Assembly (NCBI GenBank): GCA_045807245.1
Contig: JBJMHS010000032.1
Location: 1 to 64,000, forward strand
DNA: 64,000 nucleotides
Direction: 5' to 3'
Origin: Actinomycetales bacterium
Lineage (GTDB): Bacteria; Actinomycetota; Actinomycetes; Actinomycetales; CAVURS01
Both the position numbers and the translations under genes were made by a program. The notes under the pieces were generated by a model that had not been told where the DNA came from, did not search any database, and saw only the letters and a program-made list of their open reading frames with translations. How positions within the stretch are numbered: position 1 is the stretch's first letter; the number at the start of each line of letters is the position of its first letter. Shown piece by piece: positions 5,884 to 14,176 of the stretch.

Positions 5884-7779
5884 GTGAACACGCCGTCGAA
5901 GACCGCGATCACCTACCTCCGCGTCTCAACCGCGGACCAAGCCACCCGCGGCGGACGCGAGGAGGGCTTCTCGATCCCAGCCCAACGCGAAGCGAACGCC
6001 CGCAAGGCCTCGTCACTTGAGGCGGTCGTGGTCGAGGAGTTCGTCGACGCCGGGGAGTCAGGGACTTCGGCGGCGCGGCGGCCCGAGCTGCAGCGCATGC
6101 TCGCGTTCGTCCGCGAGCACCCGGTCGACTATTGCATCGTGCACAAGCTCGACCGGCTCGCCCGCTCCCGGGCCGACGACGTGGCGATCCACTTCGCCCT
6201 CACGCAGGCCGGTGTCACCTTGGTGTCGACCAGCGAAAACATCGACGAGACACCATCGGGCATGCTCATGCACGGGATCATGTCCAGCATCGCGGAGTTC
6301 TACTCGCGCAACCTGGCCAACGAGGTCACCAAAGGGCTTGTTCAGAAGGCCAGCCTTGGCGGCACCGTCTCCCGTGCTCCTCTGGGCTACAAGAACGTCC
6401 ACCTCACCGGCGAGCTCGGCCGGATCAACCGCACCGTGGCGATCGACCCCGAACGAGCCCACCTCGTCACCTGGGCGTTCTACCGGTACATCGAGGGCGA
6501 CGTCACGCTGCGGAGCCTGCTCGAGGAGCTGACCGACCGCGGCCTGACCACCAGGGCCACACCGAAGTGGCCCAGCAAGCCCCTCACCGTAATGAGCCTG
6601 CACAAGATGCTCCGAAACCCGTACTACAAGGGTGAGGTCCGCTACCGAGGCGTCAGCTACCCCGGCGCGCACGAGCCGCTGGTCGACCCGGCCACATGGC
6701 AGCGAGTTCAGGACCTGCTCGCCGCTCACAACGTCGCCGGCACCCACCAGCGGACTAACCAGCATTACTTGCGGGGCAGCGTCTACTGCGGCGGCTGCGA
6801 GTCACGCCTCATGGTCACAACCGCCCGCAACAAGTGGGGCACCGAGTACCTCTATCTCATCTGCTCCGGACGGACCCGCCGGATCACCGACTGCGAGCGG
6901 CAGGCCATGCCGATGCAACTCGTCGAGGAGCTCCTTGAGGACGAGTACCGCACCATCGCGCTCTCTCCTGACCTCAGGGACAGCATCGAGGAACTGGTTC
7001 TCCAGGACTTCGAGGTACTCCAAGCCGCCGCAGCAGCCGAAGGGAGCCGGATGGAGCAGCAGAGGGTCATCCTCACCGCTCAGCGGCAAAAGTTGCTCGA
7101 CGCACACTACGCCGGCGCCATCCCCATTGATATACTCAAGAACGAGCAAGAACGCATCGCCACGCAGCTCGCACGCATCCAGGAACACCTCGCATCTGCC
7201 GACGCCGACTACGAACAAGCCCGCGCCAACCTGGCCGAGACCCTCGATCTCACCCGCGACTGCCACGCCGCCTACCTCGAAGCCAACAACGACACCAGAC
7301 GGCTCTTCAACCAGGCCTTCTTCGCCAGGATCTACATCGATGAGGACGATGAAACACGCGAGCGCTCAGTCCGGGTCGACTACAACCCGCCGTTCGACGA
7401 CCTGCTCTCACGCCTCGTCCCAGCACAAATCCACCGTCAACACCTGGCCAGTAAGCAAACCGCCCACCAGACGAATCCGGTGGGCTGTGCGACCTCCGAC
7501 CCCCAGTGCGACGCCGAGGTACAGAGTTCTCATACGAGTACTTTGGTGGAGCTGAGGGGACTCGAACCCCTGACCCCCTCGTTGCGAACGAGGTGCGCTA
7601 CCAGCTGCGCCACAGCCCCTTGGAACGCAGCAAGGTTACATCAGCACGACCGCGAGGCAGATCGCGTTGGACGGCGTCGCCGCAGGTGGCCGCAGGTGCT
7701 TGGCCTCCCCCCGACTACTCCCCCGCAGCCCTGCGGCGCTCCAGGACGGTGTCGAGATCGAGCTCGTCGATTGCGATAG
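5884..7779 (+). CDS. Large serine recombinase (integrase); frame reads through the tRNA in antisense
   Basis: YLRVST catalytic Ser, DRLAR, recombinase domain (LRNPYYKG, HEPLVD), Zn ribbon CGGC...YLIC...C and coiled coil; RBS GAAAGGGAG before GTG 5884. Confidence 0.93.
   Translation: MNTPSKTAITYLRVSTADQATRGGREEGFSIPAQREANARKASSLEAVVVEEFVDAGESGTSAARRPELQRMLAFVREHPVDYCIVHKLDRLARSRADDVAIHFALTQAGVTLVSTSENIDETPSGMLMHGIMSSIAEFYSRNLANEVTKGLVQKASLGGTVSRAPLGYKNVHLTGELGRINRTVAIDPERAHLVTWAFYRYIEGDVTLRSLLEELTDRGLTTRATPKWPSKPLTVMSLHKMLRNPYYKGEVRYRGVSYPGAHEPLVDPATWQRVQDLLAAHNVAGTHQRTNQHYLRGSVYCGGCESRLMVTTARNKWGTEYLYLICSGRTRRITDCERQAMPMQLVEELLEDEYRTIALSPDLRDSIEELVLQDFEVLQAAAAAEGSRMEQQRVILTAQRQKLLDAHYAGAIPIDILKNEQERIATQLARIQEHLASADADYEQARANLAETLDLTRDCHAAYLEANNDTRRLFNQAFFARIYIDEDDETRERSVRVDYNPPFDDLLSRLVPAQIHRQHLASKQTAHQTNPVGCATSDPQCDAEVQSSHTSTLVELRGLEPLTPSLRTRCATSCATAPWNAARLHQHDREADRVGRRRRRWPQVLGLPPTTPPQPCGAPGRCRDRARRLR
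7544..7619 (-). tRNA. tRNA-Ala(CGC), CCA encoded
   Basis: Reverse complement GGGGCTGTGGCGCAGCTGGTAGCGCACCTCGTTCGCAACGAGGGGGTCAGGGGTTCGAGTCCCCTCAGCTCCACCA; anticodon loop TT-CGC-AA; G3:U70 pair. Confidence 0.97.
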
Positions 7780-8701
7780 CCGGCTGGATCGGCTCCCGCG
7801 AAGGCGCCGAGTCCGAGTCGGCCTCCAGCGTGACCGGCGCGTCGGCCGGACGGTCGGCCTTGGCTTTCATCGTGTAGGTGGGTCGCGGCACGGCGACTGG
7901 TTCCCAGGCGCCTTCGAGGACGATGACCTCGGTGATCGCGTCCTGGCTGTGGACCGGCGCAGCAACGACCGCCGCATCCGACCGTTCGACCACGGCGGTC
8001 GTAACCACGGCGGTTGCGACGGACGACGCAACAGACGACGAGGACGACGCCCGCGACGGCCTCCCGGTGGCCGCCCGCTGCGGGTGCCCGCGCCGAGGGT
8101 TGCCGCGCCGAAGGTTGCCGCGCCGCGGGGCCGGCCGACGCCGGGCGGTCGTCCGACGGCGCGCTGCCGCCCGTCGGGCAACGGAGCGGACGAACAGCAG
8201 GTCAAGCAGCAGCAGCGCGGTCACCGTGACGGTCGGCCAGAGCAGCAAGGTGCCCCAGGTGTGGGCGGCCCAGCAGGCCGGGGTCGCGACCAGGAGAGTG
8301 AGCAGGATCAGCGCGCGGAGCCGATGGGTACGGCGGCCGGCAGCACGCCCCATTTCCGGCTGGGCTCTGGCCGACGGTGGCCGGCCCGCCAGCCCCCGAG
8401 CGGCGGCGGGCCGGTCGTTTCGGGTCATCGGGGCCTGCTTCATGGCGACCTCCGGACTGCCCTTGGACTGCCCGGACCCAAGGGGCCGGGCAGACGCGGG
8501 CGCGACGACGTACGGACGGTTCTGGCTGGTCGGCAGGGCCACCGGAATCGGGGCCCGACGCTCCAGCACGCGCATCGCCTCGGAGAAGCGATCGATGGAA
8601 CGTGAGGTCGCCAGCTGCTCACGCCGGCGGACCCAGTGCTGCACCAGGTAGACAGCCCAGATCCCGACGATCACGACGAAGATCAGGCTGCTGGGGTCCA
8701 C
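7715..8701 (-). CDS. SepX/GlpR-like membrane protein (Rv0996-like)
   Basis: N-terminal TM plus DRFSEAMRVLERR, central TM pair, W.PV.VPRPTYTMK, C-terminal RRAAGE; conserved position between rimJ and tRNA-Ala. Confidence 0.75.
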   Translation of the reverse strand: MDPSSLIFVVIVGIWAVYLVQHWVRRREQLATSRSIDRFSEAMRVLERRAPIPVALPTSQNRPYVVAPASARPLGSGQSKGSPEVAMKQAPMTRNDRPAAARGLAGRPPSARAQPEMGRAAGRRTHRLRALILLTLLVATPACWAAHTWGTLLLWPTVTVTALLLLDLLFVRSVARRAAARRRTTARRRPAPRRGNLRRGNPRRGHPQRAATGRPSRASSSSSVASSVATAVVTTAVVERSDAAVVAAPVHSQDAITEVIVLEGAWEPVAVPRPTYTMKAKADRPADAPVTLEADSDSAPSREPIQPAIAIDELDLDTVLERRRAAGE

Positions 8702-8815
8702 GCCACCCGACGGTATGCGTGGACCAGCTGACCAGCACGGACCCACTGCGGTGTGTCGCTGAAGTGACTGCTGTGACTGCTGTGATCCGGCTATTCATGA
8801 GCGCGCACGCCACCC

Positions 8816-10288
8816 TCAGAATGGCGGGTCCCGTCCGTCGGAGGGGCGCTCGGCCTCGGCGTGCCGCGGCTCCAGATACGGAAACGGCTCGGACAGGTGG
8901 GCCTGACCGGTCCTCCCTCGGTAGGTCAGCTGGCTGTTCGCGTCGCCGGTCACCACCAGCGCGCCGTCGGTCTTGAGGTGGTGGTCGGGCAGCCCCGCCG
9001 TCGCCAGGTTCGCGGCGGTGGTCTGGCCGCCGCACCTACGATCGGCGTGGTCGAACCGCTCGACATGGTCCAGCTCCGCCGGGGTGCTCCCGCCGGCGAC
9101 TGGGAACCGAGAACGGTACCCATCGCGCAACCGGACGAAGTCCGCGATCCGCGGGGCCGGCCGGTACCCGGCTGACACGTCCACCGCCGTACCGGTCGCC
9201 GGGTCGCACAGGATCCGACGCCAGGTGGCCAGCTCCGGCCGATGAGCGAGCTCACGCGCGAGGTCCGCCGGGATCTCGGTCGGACCCGCCGGCCCGTGCA
9301 GCGTCGCCGGTGTCTCGTCGAGCCCGAGCAGTGTTGTCGCTGCGACCGTCACGTTCACCACGGCGCGCCACCCGCCCGGCGCGGGACCGGAGCCGAGCGC
9401 TGAACCGGGGCCCGAACCGGAGCTCGTCAACCAGTCGGCGGCGATGTCGTGCCGGAGCTGGTCGAGGGTCAGCCCATCCGCACCGGCCCGCAACCGCTCG
9501 CGGGCCACGGCATCGATGGTCCGATGTGCGGCAGCCAGCACCTCAGTCGGTCCGTGAACGACCAGCTCAGCCATCCCGTCGCGCAGCTGGTGATAGCGCA
9601 CATGGCGCCCCGCTCGCGCGGCCTCCGCGCGGAGTCGCGCCATCTCGGGATCCAACAGCGCCACCTCCCGCCGGATGATCCGCCGCAGCTCGCCGGGCGG
9701 TAGGTCCCACACCGTCTTGCGCCCGTTGCGGAGCTCGCGCACCAGCGTCAGCGCGGCCTGTGGCGCGTCCGGCGGCGTCACCAGCGAGCGCACGACGGCC
9801 TCACCGACGAGCGGATCGGCAACATGTCCCAGCTCGTCCACGACCGCCATCGCCTGGTCAGCGTCGATCCGGCCGATGGCCAGGGCCTGCCAGAGCTCAG
9901 GCCGCCGACACAGCGCGAGCGCGAATACGACCAGACGCTCCGCAGCCGGCAGGGTCACGCCGAGCTCGAGGGAGAGGTTGGCCGCGGTCTCGGCGCGGGT
10001 GTAAGCCTCGTCGTCGTACCGGTGCGAAGGCCCGGCCGCGCTCTGGCCCCGACCGTCCCGCTGCACCAGCCCGAACGCCCGGTGCTCGGCGAGCGCCCGC
10101 TCGTACAGCGTCGCCACGAGACGGGCCTGCGTCGCCGCTTGGGACCCAGCCACTCGCCGGCTCGCGCGCACCATCGCAAAGATCTCGGCGTCGCCGTCCG
10201 GGGTGTCCGGGATATCCGGGACGCTCGCCATGCGGTCCGCCAGCATCTTCGCCAGCACCGCAGCGGAGCACTCACCCCACTCGAACAT
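8816..10288 (-). CDS. DUF222 (13E12-repeat) HNH endonuclease-like protein
   Basis: Starts MFE; WRRILCDPATG, YRP...DFVRLRD, ELDH...GGQT..ANL...HHLKT; C-terminal DPPF. Confidence 0.85.
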   Translation of the reverse strand: MFEWGECSAAVLAKMLADRMASVPDIPDTPDGDAEIFAMVRASRRVAGSQAATQARLVATLYERALAEHRAFGLVQRDGRGQSAAGPSHRYDDEAYTRAETAANLSLELGVTLPAAERLVVFALALCRRPELWQALAIGRIDADQAMAVVDELGHVADPLVGEAVVRSLVTPPDAPQAALTLVRELRNGRKTVWDLPPGELRRIIRREVALLDPEMARLRAEAARAGRHVRYHQLRDGMAELVVHGPTEVLAAAHRTIDAVARERLRAGADGLTLDQLRHDIAADWLTSSGSGPGSALGSGPAPGGWRAVVNVTVAATTLLGLDETPATLHGPAGPTEIPADLARELAHRPELATWRRILCDPATGTAVDVSAGYRPAPRIADFVRLRDGYRSRFPVAGGSTPAELDHVERFDHADRRCGGQTTAANLATAGLPDHHLKTDGALVVTGDANSQLTYRGRTGQAHLSEPFPYLEPRHAEAERPSDGRDPPF

Positions 10289-10296
10289 ATGTCCGA
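10281..10296. promoter_or_regulatory. LexA (SOS) box overlapping the DUF222 start codon
   Basis: TCGAAC-ATAT-GTCCGA, one mismatch to the actinobacterial consensus TCGAAC-N4-GTTCGA. Confidence 0.7.
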
Positions 10297-10318
10297 ATCT
10301 AATGCAAGGGTCCGACAA
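10296..10318 (-). promoter_or_regulatory. RecA-NDp/PafBC-type DNA-damage promoter, leaderless
   Basis: Minus strand TTGTCGGAC-N8-TAGATT versus consensus tTGTCRgtg-N8-TAnnnT; the ATG is 7 nt after the -10. Confidence 0.7.
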
Positions 10319-10406
10319 GCGCCACATGTCCGTTCCCCCTTGTGGACAACGGCCGAGCAGGCAAGAGCGCCGCCGAGAGCCACCCCTTGGGGCTTCGACG
10401 CGCGGA

Positions 10407-11006
10407 CTAGGTCAGATGTCGACTGGCCCGCCATCGCGACATCAGGGACGTGCCGAGGTCCTCACGGGTGAGCGCGAACGTCCGGTGGTCGCGCCACGCC
10501 CCGTCGATGTGCAGGTACTTCAGCCGTACGCCTTCGTCCCGGAAGCCGAGCTTCTCGACCACCCGGAGGCTCGCGACGTTCTCCGGCCGGATGTTGATCT
10601 CCATCCGGTGCAGCCCCAGTGTCGCGAGGCAGTAGTCCGTCGCCATGGCGACCGCCGTCGGGACGATCCCGCGCCCCGCATGCGACTGCCCGATCCAGTA
10701 GCCCATCTGCGCGCAGCGCAACGAGCCCCACTGGATCGACCCGACCGTCAGCTGCCCGACCAGCTCGCCGTCGTACGTGATGACCCAGGGCAGCATCCGA
10801 CCGGCTCGCCCCTCCGCGCGGTAGTGACGCACCAGCTGGCCGAAGCGCAGCGGAGCACCGGCGATGTCCGGCGCTGTTGCCTCCCACCGCTGCAGCCACC
10901 CGACGTTGCGCGCGCGCAGGTCGTGCCACGCTCCCTCGTCGCGGTGACGCAGCGGGCGGAGCGCCACCCGCCCCTCGACGATCGTGACCGGCCATCCGTA
11001 CGTCAT
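10407..11006 (-). CDS. rimJ: RimJ-type GNAT N-acetyltransferase
   Basis: GYWI...GRG, LGLHRMEINIRPENVASLRVVEKLGF, YLHIDGAWRDH. Confidence 0.9.
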   Translation of the reverse strand: MTYGWPVTIVEGRVALRPLRHRDEGAWHDLRARNVGWLQRWEATAPDIAGAPLRFGQLVRHYRAEGRAGRMLPWVITYDGELVGQLTVGSIQWGSLRCAQMGYWIGQSHAGRGIVPTAVAMATDYCLATLGLHRMEINIRPENVASLRVVEKLGFRDEGVRLKYLHIDGAWRDHRTFALTREDLGTSLMSRWRASRHLT

Positions 11007-11007
11007 G

Positions 11008-11502
11008 TCAGCCGCCGGACCTCGGGTGGTCACCGCCGCGGATCTGGTCCACGGCGTGCCCGAGCAACGGGCGCAGGACGGCGACGCCGTCGCGGCATCC
11101 GCCACTCGAACCCGGGAGGTTCACGACCAACGAACGGCCGACGACCCCGGCCAACCCGCGAGAGAAGACCGCGGTCGAAACCCCCTGTGCCGCACCGAAA
11201 CTGCGCAATGCCTCCGCGATCCCCGGCACCTCGAACTCGAGCAACGGACGGGTCATCTCGGGCGTCCGGTCTGTCGGGCTCAGGCCGGTACCGCCCGTGG
11301 TGAGGATGACGTCGTACGACGCGTCGACCCCGTCCCGCAACGCGGCCTCCACCGGCTCACCGTCCGGCACCACCACCGGGCCGTGCACGTCAAAGCCCAT
11401 GTCTCGCAAGCCATCCACGAGGATCGGACCGCCGGTGTCGGCGTACACCCCCGCCGACGCGCGGCCACTGACGGTGATCACGAGCGCCCGCAACCCAGTC
11501 AC
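11008..11502 (-). CDS. mog: MogA/MoaB molybdopterin adenylyltransferase
   Basis: TTGGTGLSPTDRTPE and NLPGS motifs. Confidence 0.9.
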   Translation of the reverse strand: MTGLRALVITVSGRASAGVYADTGGPILVDGLRDMGFDVHGPVVVPDGEPVEAALRDGVDASYDVILTTGGTGLSPTDRTPEMTRPLLEFEVPGIAEALRSFGAAQGVSTAVFSRGLAGVVGRSLVVNLPGSSGGCRDGVAVLRPLLGHAVDQIRGGDHPRSGG

Positions 11503-12002
11503 TCGAAGACCCAGTCACCGGAACGGCCGCCCGACTTCGCGACAACCCGTACGTCGGTGATCCGCGCCCTCCGGTCGACCGCCTTCACCATGTCGATCAG
11601 CGCGAGGGCGGACACCGCGACACATGTCAACGCCTCCATCTCCACCCCGGTGCGATCCGCCGTCCGGACCGTCGCAGAGATTTCGACGCCGTCGTCCACG
11701 ACGTTCAGCTCGACGGCCACACCGTGTACGGCGATCGGGTGCGCGAGCGGCACCAGGTCCGGTGTCCGCTTCGCCGCCTGCAGCCCGGCGATGCGGGCCA
11801 CGGCGAGCGCGTCGCCCTTGGGCACGGTTCCGTCCCGCAGGGCCGCTACTGCCGGTGCACTCAGCACGACCTTGCCCCGCGCCTGGGCCGACCGCACGGT
11901 GACGTCCTTCGCCGAGACGTCGACCATCCGCGCCTGCCCGCGCTCGTCCAGGTGGGTCAAGCCGGCCGCCTCGTTCAAGTTCGGACCGGAGTCGTCGGTC
12001 AT
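11499..12002 (-). CDS. moaC: Cyclic pyranopterin monophosphate synthase
   Basis: LTHLD...ARMVDVSAK, TGVEMEAL, DMVKAVD, KSGGRSG. Confidence 0.95.
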   Translation of the reverse strand: MTDDSGPNLNEAAGLTHLDERGQARMVDVSAKDVTVRSAQARGKVVLSAPAVAALRDGTVPKGDALAVARIAGLQAAKRTPDLVPLAHPIAVHGVAVELNVVDDGVEISATVRTADRTGVEMEALTCVAVSALALIDMVKAVDRRARITDVRVVAKSGGRSGDWVFE

Positions 12003-13222
12003 CGCCGCCCCCGCTCCAGCAGGATGCAGCGCAGCAGGGCACCCTGCTGCACCTCCGTGACCTCCTCCGGCACGACGGCCAGGCAGTTGGCCCGGGCCAG
12101 ACCGCCCATGACATGCGACCCCTGCGAACCCACCAGCTCTACGGTCCGCCGACCCTCACCGTCGGTGCCGATCACCGCGCGGGCGAACTGGACCTTGCCG
12201 GCCGGTGCCTTCCAGCCCTTGGTCACGATGGCGTGCTCCGAACGCCGGAACAGGCCGACGTGCCCGGCCAGCTTGCGCAGCGCCGGCCGGACGAACACCT
12301 CGAAGGAGACGAACGAGCTCACCGGGTTGCCAGGCAGGGTGAAGATGGGCGTCGCGTCCTCGCCGATCGTCCCGAAGCCCTGCGGCATCCCCGGCTGCAT
12401 CGCGACCTTGCCGAACTTCACCGTGCCGAGCCGCGACAGCACCTCCTTGACGGTGTCGTACGCACCCGCGCTCACGCCGCCGCTGGTGATGACCGCGTCC
12501 GCCCGCACCAGCTGGTCGGTCAGCGCCTCCATGAGCGTGTGCGGGTCGTCCGCCAGGGGACCGACGCGATAGCCGACCGCGCCGGCGTCCACGACGCAGG
12601 CCGTCAGCATCGGGCCGTTGCTGTCGACGATCTCGCCGTACCCCGGCAGCCGGTCTGTGACCAGCTCGGTGCCGGTCGAGATCACGACGATGCGCGGCTT
12701 CGGATGCACGCGCACTCGCCGCCGGCCGACGGCAGCGAGCAGACCGACCTGGGCCGGACCGATGACGGTGTCCGCCTCGAGCACTGTCTCGCCCTTGGTG
12801 ATGTCGCCGCCGGCCCGCCGCACGTGCTGTCCGGGCTTCGCGCCGGCCCGCAAGGACACCCGGACGATGCCGTGATCGCTGGCCTCGACCGGGACGACGG
12901 CGTCGGCGCCGTCCGGCATCGGCGCTCCGGTCATGATCCGGATGGACTGCCCGGCAACGAGACTCGCGCGTTCGGTGCTACCCGCCGGGAGGTCACCGAC
13001 GACCGGCAGGACGACCGGAGAGTCCTCACTCGCGCCAGACACGTCCGCCGCGACCACTGCGTACCCGTCCATCGCCGAGTTGTCGAAGCCGGGCAGGTCG
13101 AGCGGGCTCACGACGTCCTCGGCCAGGACGCAGTCCTGCGCCTGCTCCAGCGTGACGTCCGACGGCGCGAGGGCCTGCACCGTGTCGAGGATCCGGCGCA
13201 GGTGCTCCTCGACGGAGATCAC
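11999..13222 (-). CDS. moeA: Molybdopterin molybdotransferase
   Basis: FDNSAMDGYA, IMTGAPMP, STGTEL, SGGVSAG, LPGNPVS; GTG start overlaps the galU stop. Confidence 0.95.
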   Translation of the reverse strand: MISVEEHLRRILDTVQALAPSDVTLEQAQDCVLAEDVVSPLDLPGFDNSAMDGYAVVAADVSGASEDSPVVLPVVGDLPAGSTERASLVAGQSIRIMTGAPMPDGADAVVPVEASDHGIVRVSLRAGAKPGQHVRRAGGDITKGETVLEADTVIGPAQVGLLAAVGRRRVRVHPKPRIVVISTGTELVTDRLPGYGEIVDSNGPMLTACVVDAGAVGYRVGPLADDPHTLMEALTDQLVRADAVITSGGVSAGAYDTVKEVLSRLGTVKFGKVAMQPGMPQGFGTIGEDATPIFTLPGNPVSSFVSFEVFVRPALRKLAGHVGLFRRSEHAIVTKGWKAPAGKVQFARAVIGTDGEGRRTVELVGSQGSHVMGGLARANCLAVVPEEVTEVQQGALLRCILLERGRR

Positions 13223-14133
13223 CCCGGTGCCCCCGGCTCGTCGGCCGACTCCCCCTGCCCGGCGAACTCGCCCAGCCACGACCGGAAGCCCTCGCCGAGC
13301 TCCGGGTGCTCGCTGGCCAACCGCACGACGGCCTTGAGGTACTCCATCCGGTCGCCGGTGTCATACCGGCGACCACGGAACACCACGCCCCGGACCCCGG
13401 CTCCCGCGCCGCGAGCCACGGCGAGATGCTGCAGAGCGTCGGTGAGCTGGATCTCGCCACCGCGCCCCGGCTCCGTCGTCCGCAGCACGCCGAACACGGA
13501 CGGGTCGAGCAGGTAGCGGCCGATCACCGCCAGGTTGCTCGGCGCCTCGTCGACGGGCGGCTTCTCGACCAGACCGGTGACGAGTACGACGTCCGGCTCA
13601 CCCTCGACCTCGAGGACGGCCGCGCACCCGTAGAGGTCGACCTGGTCGGGCGGGACCTCCATCAAGGCGATGACACTGCCGCCGTACTGCTCGCGCACCT
13701 GGATCATCCGGGCCAGCAACGGGTCTCGCGGGTCGATGAGGTCGTCGCCGAGCAGGACCGCGAACGGTTGGTCGCCCACGTGCTCGGCGGCACAGAGCAC
13801 GGCATGGCCCAGACCGAGCGGGTCGCCCTGCCGGACGTAGTGGATCTTCGCCAGGTCGGTCGAACGGCGCACCCGCTCCAGTCGAGCCGTGTCGCCCTTC
13901 TCCTCGAGGGCGCGTTCCAGCTCGGCGTTGCGGTCGAAGTGCTCCTCGAGCGCGGCCTTGCCGCGACCGGTGACCATGAGGACGTCGGTGGCGCCGACCG
14001 ACGCGGCCTCGGCGACGACGTACTCGATCGCCGGGGTGTCGACGATGGGCAGCAGCTCCTTGGGCACCGCCTTGCTGGCCGGCAGGAAGCGCGTCCCCAT
14101 GCCGGCAGCCGGGATCACGGCCTTGGTGATCAT
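13219..14133 (-). CDS. galU: UTP--glucose-1-phosphate uridylyltransferase
   Basis: KAVIPAAGMGTRFLPASKAVPKE, LGLGHAV, VEKP, GEIQLTDA. Confidence 0.96.
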   Translation of the reverse strand: MITKAVIPAAGMGTRFLPASKAVPKELLPIVDTPAIEYVVAEAASVGATDVLMVTGRGKAALEEHFDRNAELERALEEKGDTARLERVRRSTDLAKIHYVRQGDPLGLGHAVLCAAEHVGDQPFAVLLGDDLIDPRDPLLARMIQVREQYGGSVIALMEVPPDQVDLYGCAAVLEVEGEPDVVLVTGLVEKPPVDEAPSNLAVIGRYLLDPSVFGVLRTTEPGRGGEIQLTDALQHLAVARGAGAGVRGVVFRGRRYDTGDRMEYLKAVVRLASEHPELGEGFRSWLGEFAGQGESADEPGAPG

Positions 14134-14176
14134 GCGCGCAGGCTACCGGCCCGAGGGCGGCGGTTCACTGCGACGG

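Larger units (their letters stand above)
1..7543. mobile_element. Integrative (probably mobilisable) element inserted at the 3' end of tRNA-Ala(CGC); left end outside window
   Basis: All genes are co-oriented: small ORFs, MT-A70 MTase, VirD4-like ATPase, replication-relaxation protein, RHH protein and large serine recombinase. The array abuts the tRNA 3' end, has AT-richer intergenic segments, and core housekeeping synteny resumes right after the tRNA. Confidence 0.85.

Noticed and set aside
8085..8126. 15-bp tandem repeats (GCCGCGCCGARGGTT)
   Set aside because: In-frame low-complexity coding repeat (RRGN) in the sepX-like linker; not a CRISPR array or mobile repeat.
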